Shown: positions 26,688-36,947, numbered from the stretch's first letter. The stretch is DNA of 64,000 nt from a candidate division TM6 bacterium GW2011_GWF2_28_16 (GCA_001029715.1 CP011212.1:398936-462935); one strand, 5' to 3'. The notes: generated from the sequence alone by a model not told the origin. Numbers and translations are program-made.

Positions 26688-27884
26688 ATGCCGAAAAAGA
26701 ATTTAATAGTTGCCTTAGTTTTATATGTAGTCAGTGCAAGTTTATCTTTTGCTGCCTTCTCTTATCTCTCCAAAGATTCCTTGGCTAACTCAGTTGCTAA
26801 TAAGCAAGCTGAGGACCCAAGTCAGACCTTGCTAAGCAGTCTATTAGATATAGATCCAAATGAAGCTAAAGATCAGGTTTGTCCACTAAACGGTGCCTAT
26901 TACACTCAAACTGAAAAAACTGCTTGGGAGCAAAGGCGCCCTCTTTTTGTAATGATTGAAAATACTCCAGATTCTCGTCCTCAGGCTGGTTTAAGTCGTG
27001 CTGATGTGGTTTTTGAAGCTGTTGCGGAGGGCGGGGTAACTCGTTTTGGAGCTTTGTTTTATTGTGCTGCTCAGTATCAAGATCTAACTTTGGCTCCTAT
27101 TCGCAGTGCTAGAACATATTTTGTTGATTGGGCATCTGGTTTTAATTTACCGATGTATGTACACGTAGGTGGAGCTAATGTTTCTGGACCAACTGATGCG
27201 CTTGGACAAATTGGCGATTATGGTTGGGAGGGTGAAAACGACATTAATCAATTCTCAGTGGGTTATCCAACTTTTGTGCGCAACTACAATCGTATTCCTG
27301 GCAAAGAAATTGCTACCGAGCATACCATGGAAACAACCACTGAAGGTCTTTGGGAAGTAGCTGCTGATCGTGATTGGACCAACCTAACTCCAGCCAGAAC
27401 AGTGGCTAAAAAAGCAGTTCCCGCCGCTTCTTGGCAAAGTGCATACAAAAGTTGGACTTTCGAAAGCGATAAGGTTCCTGCTGGTTCAGTTAGCAAAGTT
27501 TCTTACGATTTTTGGACTGGCTATAATGATTATTCGGTCGAATGGAATTATGATAGCGCCACTGATTCTTATAAAAGAGTTAATGCTGGGGAAGCATTCA
27601 CTGACATAAATAACGACGAACAAGTTGCTAGCAAGACCATGATTGTTTTATTAACCACAGAAAAAGGACCAATTAATGAGAAGAAGCATATGCTTTATGG
27701 CACTACTGGTCGCGGTAGCGCTCTCATTTTTAAACATGGTCAGGCTCCAATTGAAGCCAATTGGGTTAAAGCAGATCGCGAGTCAGAGCTAGAATTCGTA
27801 GATGTCAGAGGTAAAGCAGTTGAATTAGCCAGAGGTCAGGTTTGGATTTCTGTCTTAGCGACTGGCTCTGAAGTTGTCTATTAA
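26688..27884 (+). CDS. Secreted/anchored protein, DUF3048 (YerB-like) family candidate
   Basis: N-terminal TM, then RPLFVMIENTPDSRPQAGLSRADVVFEAVAEGGVTRF, which I recognise as resembling the YerB/DUF3048 lipoprotein family. Call made from memory. Confidence 0.45.
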   Translation: MPKKNLIVALVLYVVSASLSFAAFSYLSKDSLANSVANKQAEDPSQTLLSSLLDIDPNEAKDQVCPLNGAYYTQTEKTAWEQRRPLFVMIENTPDSRPQAGLSRADVVFEAVAEGGVTRFGALFYCAAQYQDLTLAPIRSARTYFVDWASGFNLPMYVHVGGANVSGPTDALGQIGDYGWEGENDINQFSVGYPTFVRNYNRIPGKEIATEHTMETTTEGLWEVAADRDWTNLTPARTVAKKAVPAASWQSAYKSWTFESDKVPAGSVSKVSYDFWTGYNDYSVEWNYDSATDSYKRVNAGEAFTDINNDEQVASKTMIVLLTTEKGPINEKKHMLYGTTGRGSALIFKHGQAPIEANWVKADRESELEFVDVRGKAVELARGQVWISVLATGSEVVY

Positions 27885-27915
27885 AACTAGTTTGCTTTTT
27901 TGCTATTTTTTGTTA

Positions 27916-27948
27916 ATATTGAAATTGAGTACAAATTGATTTCAATAT
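27916..27948. promoter_or_regulatory. Perfect 10-bp inverted repeat ATATTGAAAT-N13-ATTTCAATAT immediately upstream of the RBS of the wHTH gene; candidate operator
   Basis: Seen directly; the right arm ends 1 nt before the AAGGAG RBS of the 27960 gene. Confidence 0.35.
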
Positions 27949-27959
27949 AAGGAGTAGCC

Positions 27960-28559
27960 ATGGCAGATCTAAGCGATTTATTAGTTTCAAAAGTTAGAGT
28001 AAAAATGCTTTCACTTTTCTTTGAAAAGCCGAGTGAAATGTATTACGTTAGAGAGATTACTCGTTTAGTTAAAGAAGAGATTAATGCCGTTCGTCGTGAA
28101 TTAGACAGAATGCTAGAGTGTGGTTTGCTGAAAAGCGAGCAACGAGCCAATCGTCTCTATTATTTTCTCAATAAAAAATATTTATATTTCCAAGAATTGC
28201 AGAGAATTGTAATCAAAACAACTGGTCTTGGCAAAAAAATTCGCAAATTTAGACGTAAATTAGGCAACTTGAGTTATGTGGCTTTTACTGGAGCCTTTTT
28301 AAATCAAGAGAAGCTAAATAAAGACGAATTGGATATTTTAATTGTTGGAGAAGTTGTTTTGCCAGAAATAGAAGATTTGATAAAAACTGAGGAAAAAAGT
28401 TTTGGTCGAGAGATCAATTACGCAGTTTTAGAAACTGAAGAATTTGAATTTCGCAAGGCTCGTCGAGATCCTTTCATCATGGAAGTAATGTATGGTGCCA
28501 GAGTAATGATTATTGGAGATGAACTTGAATTTTGTCATCGCGAATTGCCAACAATCTAG
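27960..28559 (+). CDS. Winged-helix DNA-binding domain fused to a minimal nucleotidyltransferase-like domain (putative regulator)
   Basis: N-terminus: MYYVREITRLVKEEINAVRRELDRMLECGLLK, ArsR/MarR-like. Middle: GAF-x12-DELDILIVGE fits the hG[GS]..DhDh pattern of the Pol-beta NTase superfamily. Confidence 0.5.
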   Translation: MADLSDLLVSKVRVKMLSLFFEKPSEMYYVREITRLVKEEINAVRRELDRMLECGLLKSEQRANRLYYFLNKKYLYFQELQRIVIKTTGLGKKIRKFRRKLGNLSYVAFTGAFLNQEKLNKDELDILIVGEVVLPEIEDLIKTEEKSFGREINYAVLETEEFEFRKARRDPFIMEVMYGARVMIIGDELEFCHRELPTI

Positions 28560-28610
28560 TTGTCTAATTTATTATTTTTTGCTAGAGTGAGCTGTCACGG
28601 TAAAGTCTTT

Positions 28611-29984
28611 ATGAAAAAGCAATCTTTGGCTAAATCTTTATTTTTAATTTTTTTCCTAACTGTTTTTGCTGCCTTTATTGCTTTACCAGATAAAATTGGT
28701 GATTTTACTAAGCCAAAAATTGACTTTTATATACTAGGTAAGCATGTTTATAAAGATTATCAATTGCGAAAGGGCTTGGATATTCAGGGTGGGATGCAGG
28801 TTACTCTTGAAGCAGAAATGGAGCAAATTTCTGAAGAAGACAGGGCTACTGCCTTGGAGGCGTCTAGGGAAATTATTGCCAAAAGAGTTGATCTTTATGG
28901 TATTAGCGAATCTTCAATTCAGACCTCCAAAGCAGAAGGTAAGAATCGTTTAATCATTGAATTGCCTGGAATTTCTGATCCAGCAGAGGCTTTGGAGTTA
29001 GTTGGTAGAACCGCTTTATTAGAATTTAAATTGCAGAGAGAATTAACAGATGAAGAAATGAATGAGGCAACAGTTTCTCCACAAATTTGGCTCAACTCTT
29101 TTGTTGATACTGGTCTAACTGGTAAGCAGCTCAAAAGATCTCAAGCTCAACTAGACCCGCAAACTTCAAAGCCAGTAATTTCTTTAGAAATGAATGATGA
29201 TGGTAGAGAACTATTTGCCGATATCACAAAAAATAATGTTGATCAGGTTCTAGCCATTTTTATTGATGGCGTGCCAATTATGACACCAGTGATTTCTACA
29301 GCAATTCTTGATGGCAAAGCAATTATTAGTGGTAATTTTACAATTGATGAGGCCAAAAATTTAGCTATTCAGCTTAATGCGGGTGCGCTGCCAGTTAACA
29401 TTAAAGTTTTAGAGCAAAAAACCATAGGAGCTAGTTTGGGCGATGAATCAATTCAAAAAAGTGTCAAAGCAGGCCTGATTGGTTTAGCTATGGTTCTTTT
29501 ATTTATGATTCTTTATTACGGTTGGTTGGGTTTTGTGGCTGATATTTCTCTGATAATTTATGCAATTCTAACCATCGCTCTTTATAAAATTTTTGGAGTA
29601 GTTCTGACATTGCCTGGGATCGCTGGTTTAATTTTAACTATTGGCATGGCTGTTGATTCTAATATTTTAATTTTTGAAAGAATGAAGGAGGAAATAAGAA
29701 TTGGTCATCCTTATGCTCGAGCAATGGAGCTTGGTTTTGGTCGTGCTTGGGACAGTATTAAAGATGCCAATTTAGCCTCTATTTTCACGGCTTTAGTCCT
29801 CATTAATCCACTTAATTTTTCTTTTCTTAATACAAGTGGTTTAGTCAAGGGTTTTGGTCTGACTTTTTTACTCGGTACTTTACTCAGCTTATTTACTGGA
29901 GTTTTAGTTAGTCGTTTGTTGCTTAGGGCTTTTCTGCCTCTTTTTAATCGAGAAAAACGAATAGGCAAGGAATCTAAATCATGA
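28611..29984 (+). CDS. secD: Protein translocase subunit SecD
   Basis: N-terminal TM, large periplasmic domain, C-terminal 6-TM SecD core (LIGLAMVLLFMILYYG..., GIAGLILTIGMAVDSNILIFER). Start placed at MKKQSLAK; the frame opens at 28560. Confidence 0.8.
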   Translation: MKKQSLAKSLFLIFFLTVFAAFIALPDKIGDFTKPKIDFYILGKHVYKDYQLRKGLDIQGGMQVTLEAEMEQISEEDRATALEASREIIAKRVDLYGISESSIQTSKAEGKNRLIIELPGISDPAEALELVGRTALLEFKLQRELTDEEMNEATVSPQIWLNSFVDTGLTGKQLKRSQAQLDPQTSKPVISLEMNDDGRELFADITKNNVDQVLAIFIDGVPIMTPVISTAILDGKAIISGNFTIDEAKNLAIQLNAGALPVNIKVLEQKTIGASLGDESIQKSVKAGLIGLAMVLLFMILYYGWLGFVADISLIIYAILTIALYKIFGVVLTLPGIAGLILTIGMAVDSNILIFERMKEEIRIGHPYARAMELGFGRAWDSIKDANLASIFTALVLINPLNFSFLNTSGLVKGFGLTFLLGTLLSLFTGVLVSRLLLRAFLPLFNREKRIGKESKS

Positions 29985-30856
29985 AATTAATGAGGTTTAA
30001 AAAAATATATTTTGCGATTTCTTTATTCTTTTTAATTCCAGGAATGATTTCCTTGTTTTTATTTGGTTTGAAGCCAGCTATTGATTTTACTGGGGGCTCT
30101 TTACTTGAATTGCAATTTTTAGATCAAGGAGAAAACTCCAATTATTCAGAGGCTAATTTCAAAGATAGTATTGCTAGCTTATATGAAGCAAACGTGGTCC
30201 AGAGTTCAGGAGACAATAAGATGATTGTTAAAGGTAAAGAAATTACTAATCAAGAAAAAGATGAAATCGTCAGCCAACTTAATCAGGTATATGGACAAGT
30301 AGAAGTTTTACGCTTTGAAACAGTTGGACCAGTTTTAGGTGCCGAGCTTTTGAAAAAAACTCTGGCAGCTGTTTTCTTAGTTTCTGGGATTATCACTTTT
30401 TATGTTTGGAAGCAATTTGATGAACTCAAATACGGCGTTTGTGCTGTTCTAGCTATGTTGCACGATTCGCTTATTTTAATTGGCGCATTCAGCCTATTAG
30501 GGCATTTTTTCAATGTTGAAGTTGATGTTCTATTTGTAACAGCTTTATTAACAACACTATCCTTTTCTGTTCACGATACAATTGTTGTTTATGACCGGAT
30601 TAGAGAGCTTAAAAGAAAACACACTCGTTTTTCATTTGAAGAAATTACTAGTGCCGCTGTTCTAGAAACTTTGAGTAGATCAATTAATAACTCAATGACG
30701 ATTATTATCATGTTATTAAGCTTGGCAATTTTAGGAGGAGATAGCATTCGTTGGTTTGTAATTGCCTTATTAATTGGTGCAATTACGGGGACCTATTCGA
30801 GTACTTTTACTGCTGTACCTTTACTTTTAGTTGTTGGAAAAAAGAAAATTAAATAA
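29981..30856 (+). CDS. secF: Protein translocase subunit SecF
   Basis: 291 aa; SecF-type 6-TM core (HDSLILIGAFSLLG..., DTIVVYDRIRE). 4-nt overlap with secD. Confidence 0.8.
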   Translation: MKLMRFKKIYFAISLFFLIPGMISLFLFGLKPAIDFTGGSLLELQFLDQGENSNYSEANFKDSIASLYEANVVQSSGDNKMIVKGKEITNQEKDEIVSQLNQVYGQVEVLRFETVGPVLGAELLKKTLAAVFLVSGIITFYVWKQFDELKYGVCAVLAMLHDSLILIGAFSLLGHFFNVEVDVLFVTALLTTLSFSVHDTIVVYDRIRELKRKHTRFSFEEITSAAVLETLSRSINNSMTIIIMLLSLAILGGDSIRWFVIALLIGAITGTYSSTFTAVPLLLVVGKKKIK

Positions 30857-32429
30857 GTTTTTTAGCTTCTTTTAATAGTTCTTCTCTTGTATTTAGTTCT
30901 GGATTCTCTAAAATCTTTTCAAGCAATTTATCAAGTATTTCGCCAAGAATTGGTCCTGGTTTAAGAGATAATTCTTTCATCAAATCATTTCCATTAATGG
31001 CAAGATCATCTAAGCCCATGGGTTGATTGAGTTGCTCGATAATTCTGTTTTTCATTTCCTCTAGTCGCCAGCTGGTTTTTTTAGCGCCACTGCCAAGACG
31101 ATCGCCTTCTCGCAAATCGAGAATGTCATCAATGTTTTCAAAACCAACTCGACGAATGAAACGACGAATAGAGGAATCAGAATGATGTTCTTGATAATGA
31201 AACATGTGATATCTAACAAGAATAAAAACTCTTTGAGCATCTTTCTTTGACATTCTTAGTCTCAAAGCAATTTTGCTAGCTATGCGAGAACCTAAAATAT
31301 CATGATTATAAAAGGTAATTTCTTCATTTTCTTCTCTATAAGAAGGTGGTTTACCTATATCATGAAGAAGGGCAGCTAATCTAACAATTGGATCTTTGGA
31401 AGGGCAGTGTCTTAAGCTATCAATGCTATGTGTCCAGACATCGGTGGTGTGGTGCCCGCGTTGCTGCATGTTTATTCCTTGGTAAAGTTCTGGAATAATT
31501 TGCTCTAAAAGTCCAGATTCATCAAGCATTTCTATGCCTTTAGCTGGATTATCACTGGCCAAGATTTTTAAAAACTCATCTCTAATTCTTTCAAAACTAA
31601 TAAATTTTAATAAATCTTTATGAAATCTGATGGCGTAATAAGTTTCAGTATCTATGTCCATGTTGAGTTGCACTGCTAAGCGAATGGCGCGTAGCATACG
31701 CAAGGCGTCCTCAATAAATCTTTGATCCGCTTTGCCAACAGTGCGAATAATTCTTTTACTGATATCAGTTTTGCCATCATGCAAATCTATTAAGTCAAAA
31801 TCAGCTAACTCAAGTTCATAGGAAGTTTTAATTTCTTTCTGAGTAAAGATATTTTTTAGATACTTTTCGTTAACGCTAATAGCAAGAGCGTTGATGGTAA
31901 AATCTCTTCTTTCCAAATCTTCTTCAATGCTTTTACCGAAATCCACGCTTTCTGGTCGACGATGATCTAAATATTCTCCATCACTACGAAAAGTAGTCAT
32001 CTCGAAAGGAGGAACAGTTTTGATTTCTCTTTCTGGTTCTTGATCAGCGGAGGAGGCTTTATCTTTTAATGAGGCATGAATTTTCTTGGCTTTTTTGAGA
32101 TCAATAATTCTATTGGTTTTAACTTCTTCTTTTTGAATCATTGCGATCAAATTTTTGTCTGGGAGTTGATATTTCTTGCTCATTTCAACAATTAGATTTT
32201 CATGAGTTACGCTGACCGTGCCAAATTTATTTTCATAAAAATTTTCCGCAAAGATTTTTTGGATTTCTTCTGGAACGGCATTACTGGTAAAATCATAGTC
32301 CTTAATAGAATCAGGTTTAAAGTTCATAATTAGATCACGAACAGCTCCGCCTACCAAGAAACTTGAAAAACCTGCTTCATTAAAACGATGGAGTATATAC
32401 AAAACTTCAAATGGTAAATTTAAGCGCAT
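30849..32429 (-). CDS. cca: CCA-adding tRNA nucleotidyltransferase with HD domain
   Basis: Pol-beta head motif GGAVRDLI...DYDF; HD domain LLHDIGKP. 8-nt convergent overlap with secF. Confidence 0.8.
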   Translation of the reverse strand: MRLNLPFEVLYILHRFNEAGFSSFLVGGAVRDLIMNFKPDSIKDYDFTSNAVPEEIQKIFAENFYENKFGTVSVTHENLIVEMSKKYQLPDKNLIAMIQKEEVKTNRIIDLKKAKKIHASLKDKASSADQEPEREIKTVPPFEMTTFRSDGEYLDHRRPESVDFGKSIEEDLERRDFTINALAISVNEKYLKNIFTQKEIKTSYELELADFDLIDLHDGKTDISKRIIRTVGKADQRFIEDALRMLRAIRLAVQLNMDIDTETYYAIRFHKDLLKFISFERIRDEFLKILASDNPAKGIEMLDESGLLEQIIPELYQGINMQQRGHHTTDVWTHSIDSLRHCPSKDPIVRLAALLHDIGKPPSYREENEEITFYNHDILGSRIASKIALRLRMSKKDAQRVFILVRYHMFHYQEHHSDSSIRRFIRRVGFENIDDILDLREGDRLGSGAKKTSWRLEEMKNRIIEQLNQPMGLDDLAINGNDLMKELSLKPGPILGEILDKLLEKILENPELNTREELLKEAKKLI

Positions 32430-32453
32430 GGCTTTATTATAATTCTAAACACA

Positions 32454-34100
32454 ATGAAATGGCATATTCAATCAGCGATCATTCCTAAAGACCTTGAAGA
32501 ACTAGGTAAAATTCTCCTTGCCAATAGAGAGATAGAAGATGAAAAAACATTTTTTAAGGGGATCTCTCCATTTAAGATTAGTCTTGAAGATCTAGGAATT
32601 GAACGTAGCGAGTTGGATAAAATTAAGCATCGCCTTAAAAAAGCCAAGGCCAAACAAGAGAAAATCATCATTTTTGGGGATTATGATGCCGATGGAATTA
32701 GCGCCAGTGCAGTGCTTTGGCAGGTTCTTCATGCAGAGAAATATAATGTTTTACCATTTATTCCCAATCGCCTTAAACATGGCTACGGTTTATCTGTTAG
32801 AGCCCTTGATGACTTGTTAAAAGATCAAGCTGACACTGCATTAATCATTACTGTCGACAATGGCATCGTGGCTCATCCTGCTCTTAAGTTACTTAAAGAG
32901 AAAAAAATTGACGTTATTATCAGTGATCATCATCAGCGAGATGAAGAAAAACTAGATGCTTTAGCAGTTTTTCATTCAACTAAGGTTTGTGGTTGTGCAG
33001 TAGCTTGGTTTTTAGCTAGAGAGTTGAGTACTAATTCTGATCGAAAGCTTTTAACTAATTTATTAGCTTTGGTGGCAATTGCTACTGTCACAGATCTGAT
33101 GCCTTTGCTTTCATATAACCGTTATTTATTGATGTACGGCTTGGCAGTTCTTAGAGCTAATAATAATCTTGGTTTGGAACAGCTTTTGCTTAAAGCTAAG
33201 ATCGATCCAGAAAATATTGATGCTTATACCCTGGGTTTTCAGATAGGTCCACGCATTAACGCCATGGGGCGTTTGGCTGAGGGTATGGATGCTCTGCGTT
33301 TGCTTTGTACTAAGGATAAGAAAAAAGCAGTTGCTCTCAGTAATCTTCTTTATAGTACCAATGAAGATCGACAAAATTTAACTTTAGATTTAACCAAACA
33401 AGCAGAAGAAATAGTCACCAAAGAAAAAGATGAAAAAATCATCATTTTGAGTTCTGCTGATTATCATGAAGGTATTATTGGTTTAATTGCTGGCAGAATG
33501 ACTGAGAAATTTTCTAAGCCAAGTATTGTCATTAGTGCTGGTTTAGACGTGGCCAAGGCGTCAGCCCGTTCTTTACCTGGTTTTAATATTACTGAATTTA
33601 TTCGCTTATTTAAAAAGGATTTATTAGAAGTTGGCGGTCATCCTTTAGCAGCTGGCTTTGCTTTAAAAACTTCGAAGATTGAAGAAGTCAAAAAAGCCAT
33701 GCAAGCTAAAGCAAAAGAGCTTTTGGCAGATACGAATTTAGAGAAAACTTTAGAATTGGAAGCAATTATGCCAGTGAACCTTTTGAATACCGAGACAGTA
33801 GGGTTAGTTAATAGCTTTGCTCCTTTTGGTTTGGCTAATACCAAGCCAGTTTTTCTTATAAAAAACGTTTTACTTAAAAACTATAAATTACTCGGTAAAG
33901 AACAGCAGCATTTAAAATTATCGATTTCAATCGGAGAAGATAACTCAGAGTACGATGTTTTAGCCTGGGGAAGAGCAAGCTTGCTTAATACCCTCAAATT
34001 GGAAGAACGATTTGATTTAGCTGTTTCTTTAGAAATTAATAGTTTCAGAGGGAGAGACAAATTGCAATTTGCTCTTAGAGATCTTCAAAAAGTTAGTTAA
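32454..34100 (+). CDS. recJ: Single-stranded-DNA-specific exonuclease RecJ
   Basis: DHH motifs (IIIFGDYDADGISASAV, ITVDNGI, DHH at SDHHQ), DHHA1 domain (GGHPLAAG) and C-terminal OB-like domain. Confidence 0.8.
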   Translation: MKWHIQSAIIPKDLEELGKILLANREIEDEKTFFKGISPFKISLEDLGIERSELDKIKHRLKKAKAKQEKIIIFGDYDADGISASAVLWQVLHAEKYNVLPFIPNRLKHGYGLSVRALDDLLKDQADTALIITVDNGIVAHPALKLLKEKKIDVIISDHHQRDEEKLDALAVFHSTKVCGCAVAWFLARELSTNSDRKLLTNLLALVAIATVTDLMPLLSYNRYLLMYGLAVLRANNNLGLEQLLLKAKIDPENIDAYTLGFQIGPRINAMGRLAEGMDALRLLCTKDKKKAVALSNLLYSTNEDRQNLTLDLTKQAEEIVTKEKDEKIIILSSADYHEGIIGLIAGRMTEKFSKPSIVISAGLDVAKASARSLPGFNITEFIRLFKKDLLEVGGHPLAAGFALKTSKIEEVKKAMQAKAKELLADTNLEKTLELEAIMPVNLLNTETVGLVNSFAPFGLANTKPVFLIKNVLLKNYKLLGKEQQHLKLSISIGEDNSEYDVLAWGRASLLNTLKLEERFDLAVSLEINSFRGRDKLQFALRDLQKVS

Positions 34101-34145
34101 AAATAAAAAACCGCAAACTTTGCAGCCTGCGGTTTCTATTTTTTA
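34101..34145. terminator. Bidirectional intrinsic terminator between recJ (+) and the thioredoxin-like gene (-)
   Basis: aaaaaaccgca-aactttgcagcc-tgcggtttctatttttt: an 8-bp stem flanked by an A-run (5') and a U-run (3'). Confidence 0.5.
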
Positions 34146-34159
34146 AATTAATTTATAAA

Positions 34160-34981
34160 TTAAAGATGTTTTTCCAATAATGCTTCTACCTGTTCAATTG
34201 GCAGAGCACCAGGAATTAGCTCAAAACCACCCTTTTTACTAACGATGACTGTTCCTGGAGTACCAGTAATGCCAGCTTTTGAGCCACCAACTTGGTCATC
34301 TTTGACGCTTTGTGCCATTTCGTTACTATCAATACAAGCTTTAACTTTATTAGTATCGGCACCTGCAGCAGTAGCTAGAGAGAGAATCATTTCTTCACTA
34401 ACTATTTTATTAGTAGCATCAGTACCAAAGATTGAGCCATCAGCCATTTTTTCGTAAACGCTGTCAGAGAATTTCCAGAAAGCATCTTCGCTACCGTAAG
34501 TAGCTACACATTCACTTGCTTCAGCAAGAGGCTGAGCATTTGGATGGAAAGAAAGTGGGAAATGTCTGTAAACCCAAGCAATTTGGTCGCCATATTTATC
34601 CATTAAGCTGGTCATAGTTGGGTGAAATTTATTACAGTAAGGACACTCGTAATCTGAATATTCGACCAAAACGACTTTAGCATTCTTATTGCCACGAATA
34701 TGATCAGTTTTTGCATCAAAAGCTGGTAAACTTTCTAATTTTTTTTGGGCAGCGGCTTCAGCGACAGTCGTGTCAGCAACTGCGGTTCCACCAGCGCCAA
34801 TTCCGCTTTTGAGTATTTTATTTTCTCTCCATAGAGAACCAGTTAAAAATCCCAAAAGGAATGCCATAATTAATAAAATAATGATAGAAAAATTAGCGTT
34901 TACAAAATCGCTAAAAGCTTTTAAAGAAAATTTGCTTACCACAAGCTGTGGAGCTTCTTTTTGTTGAATTTTTTTTGCCAT
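34160..34981 (-). CDS. Membrane-anchored DsbA-like thiol:disulfide oxidoreductase
   Basis: N-terminal TM; thioredoxin-fold active site CPYC (EYSDYECPYCNKFH). Confidence 0.65.
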   Translation of the reverse strand: MAKKIQQKEAPQLVVSKFSLKAFSDFVNANFSIIILLIMAFLLGFLTGSLWRENKILKSGIGAGGTAVADTTVAEAAAQKKLESLPAFDAKTDHIRGNKNAKVVLVEYSDYECPYCNKFHPTMTSLMDKYGDQIAWVYRHFPLSFHPNAQPLAEASECVATYGSEDAFWKFSDSVYEKMADGSIFGTDATNKIVSEEMILSLATAAGADTNKVKACIDSNEMAQSVKDDQVGGSKAGITGTPGTVIVSKKGGFELIPGALPIEQVEALLEKHL

Positions 34982-35005
34982 AAGGCCTTTCCTAAAAAAT
35001 ATAAT
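34975..35005 (+). promoter_or_regulatory. Candidate sigma70-like promoter for prmC (TTGCCA-N19-TATAAT)
   Basis: Perfect -10 TATAAT at 35000-35005, 52 nt upstream of the prmC ATG. The -35 is 5/6 but the spacer is long (19 nt). Confidence 0.25.
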
Positions 35006-35057
35006 AAAAGTAGATTACAATATGCCTTATTAGAAAGAATTTTACAAGCAGAATATT

Positions 35058-35834
35058 ATGACTAAATCAAGACAGCTTAGTATTTACGAAAAAAATCAAT
35101 TGCTTAGATATGGTTTAAAGGAAGATGATCTTTTAGCTAGAGCTGAAATGCCTGTCGAATATTTGACTGGCTTTGTAAACTTCAAAAATTTAGAAATAAA
35201 AGTTAATCAAAATGTTTTAATTCCTAGGGTAGAAACTGAAGAATTAATTGATTTAATAACTAATTTTATTGATTCTATTAGAGCGCCACTTTCTTGTTTA
35301 GAAGTAGGTACGGGAAGCGGAGCAATCAGTCTTGCTCTTTTTGATTTTTTATCAAGACAAAAAAATTTACTTTTGGAAAAATTTATTTTAACTGATCTTT
35401 CTACAGCTGCCTTAAAAATAGCTAAAGAAAATTTTTCTAGATTATTTGGAACAGGATCTCTTTCAAAAATTCAATTTTTAGAAAATGATTTGTTGAGTGG
35501 ATTTTCAGAGCAAAAGTTTAATTTAATTGTTGCTAATCTCCCATATGTTCCTTCTGGCAAAATGGCAAATTTAGACTTAAGCGTCAAAGATTATGAACCA
35601 ATTTTAGCTCTTAATGGAGGAGAGAGCGGTTTTGAATTGATTAACAAAATGCTAGAACAAGTTTTAGATAAAGAATTATTGAGTGAAAAAGGTCAAATTT
35701 TTTTAGAGGTCTATGAAAATCACAACATTCAATTTATTAAAGAGAAGTTCCCTAAAATCTTTCAAAATTTTTCAATTAGAGAATCCAAAGATCAATTTAA
35801 TAGACAGCGTTTTTTAATTCTTCAGAAGATTTAG
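35058..35834 (+). CDS. prmC: Release-factor glutamine N5-methyltransferase PrmC/HemK
   Basis: SAM motif LEVGTGSGAISLAL; catalytic VANLPYVP (NPPY-type). Confidence 0.75.
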   Translation: MTKSRQLSIYEKNQLLRYGLKEDDLLARAEMPVEYLTGFVNFKNLEIKVNQNVLIPRVETEELIDLITNFIDSIRAPLSCLEVGTGSGAISLALFDFLSRQKNLLLEKFILTDLSTAALKIAKENFSRLFGTGSLSKIQFLENDLLSGFSEQKFNLIVANLPYVPSGKMANLDLSVKDYEPILALNGGESGFELINKMLEQVLDKELLSEKGQIFLEVYENHNIQFIKEKFPKIFQNFSIRESKDQFNRQRFLILQKI

Positions 35835-36947
35835 GTATTGCTCTGCGACTTTTTCTATTTGATATTTTTTTATAAAGTTTTGTTGGGCATTCTTAGCTAG
35901 TTTTTTTTGTAAATTTTTATCTTTAAGTAATTCAATGATTTTATTTGATAAATCAATGTAATCTTTATTTTTAGCTAATAAAGAATTTTTTTCGTTGCTG
36001 AGGATTTCGTTTCCAGGGGCACGATCAAAGGCAACAATTGGTTTAGCAAAGGCCATGGCTTCAATAATGGTTAAACCAAAACCCTCTAGAGACCAAACTG
36101 AGGGGCAGACAATCAGCTCACTCTCTTCGATAGCTTTTTGTTTATTTTTAACATATTGAAGAAATTTAATTTGTTGATCATTTTTAGCCATCAATTTAAG
36201 TTCTTTTTCAAAATTTCCTTGACCGATAATTAGGAGCTCGGCATCTTTAAATTCTTTTTTGACTAAGGCAAAAGCTTTAATTGCTAAATCTTGTCCTTTA
36301 CCTTTTTCAAGTCTAGAGATAACAGTAATAGTTCGTTTTTTAATTGTTTTTTGTCTTTTTAATGAGGGAATAAAACTTCCACAAGGAATAATAATCATTT
36401 TTTCTTTGGCAAAGACTTTTTTGAGGGCAAATTAAGTGTTATTTGATGGAACAATAATTTTAGAAGCAATATTTTTAGTTAGGAAATAAAGGAATTTTGG
36501 AATTCCTCTGAGTTTTACAAAAAGTGGTTCCAGTGGACCATACTCTATGAAAAAAGTGGGCAAATTAAACAACTTAGATAAAGGTCCGGGAATAATTTTT
36601 TCTGAAAAACCAGAGTAAATAACAACTTGTTTTGAAGATCTTTTTTTAATCTCTGAGAAGACTTTGAAATAATAAATTATGGCAAAAGGGCTTAGTAAAA
36701 TACTTTTTAGTAAACCTCTCCGATTGCTGGCAAAATCTAAATAAAGAGGAGTTTTTTTAACTTGTAGATTTTTTTTGTTAGTTAAGTTTTTTAATAGAAA
36801 GTCATTGCTGGTGTAAAGATATACAAAATTGCCCTTTTTAGCCAATTCAAGCAATAAATCTTTGGCGAATTGTTCTGCTCCGCCGAAATCTTTACTTTGA
36901 AGGAAAAAGTTAATAGTTATTTTTTTCGGTTTGAACGATGATTCCAT
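35814..36947 (-). pseudogene. GT4-family glycosyltransferase interrupted by a single in-frame TAA (two ORFs, same frame)
   Basis: ORF 36432..36947 holds the N-terminal GT-B domain (FGGAEQFAKDLLLELAKKG). ORF 35814..36398 holds the C-terminal domain (EGFGLTIIEAMAFAKPIVAFD). Both are in the same frame, separated only by the stop at 36432-36434. Confidence 0.55.

Noticed and set aside
36432-36434. In-frame TAA in the GT4 gene as evidence of an alternative genetic code
   Set aside because: TAA, TAG and TGA all terminate well-delimited conserved genes elsewhere in the window (rmuC TAA, aspS TGA, prmC TAG). Code 11 therefore applies, and the TAA is a lesion, error or gene split rather than a recoding event.
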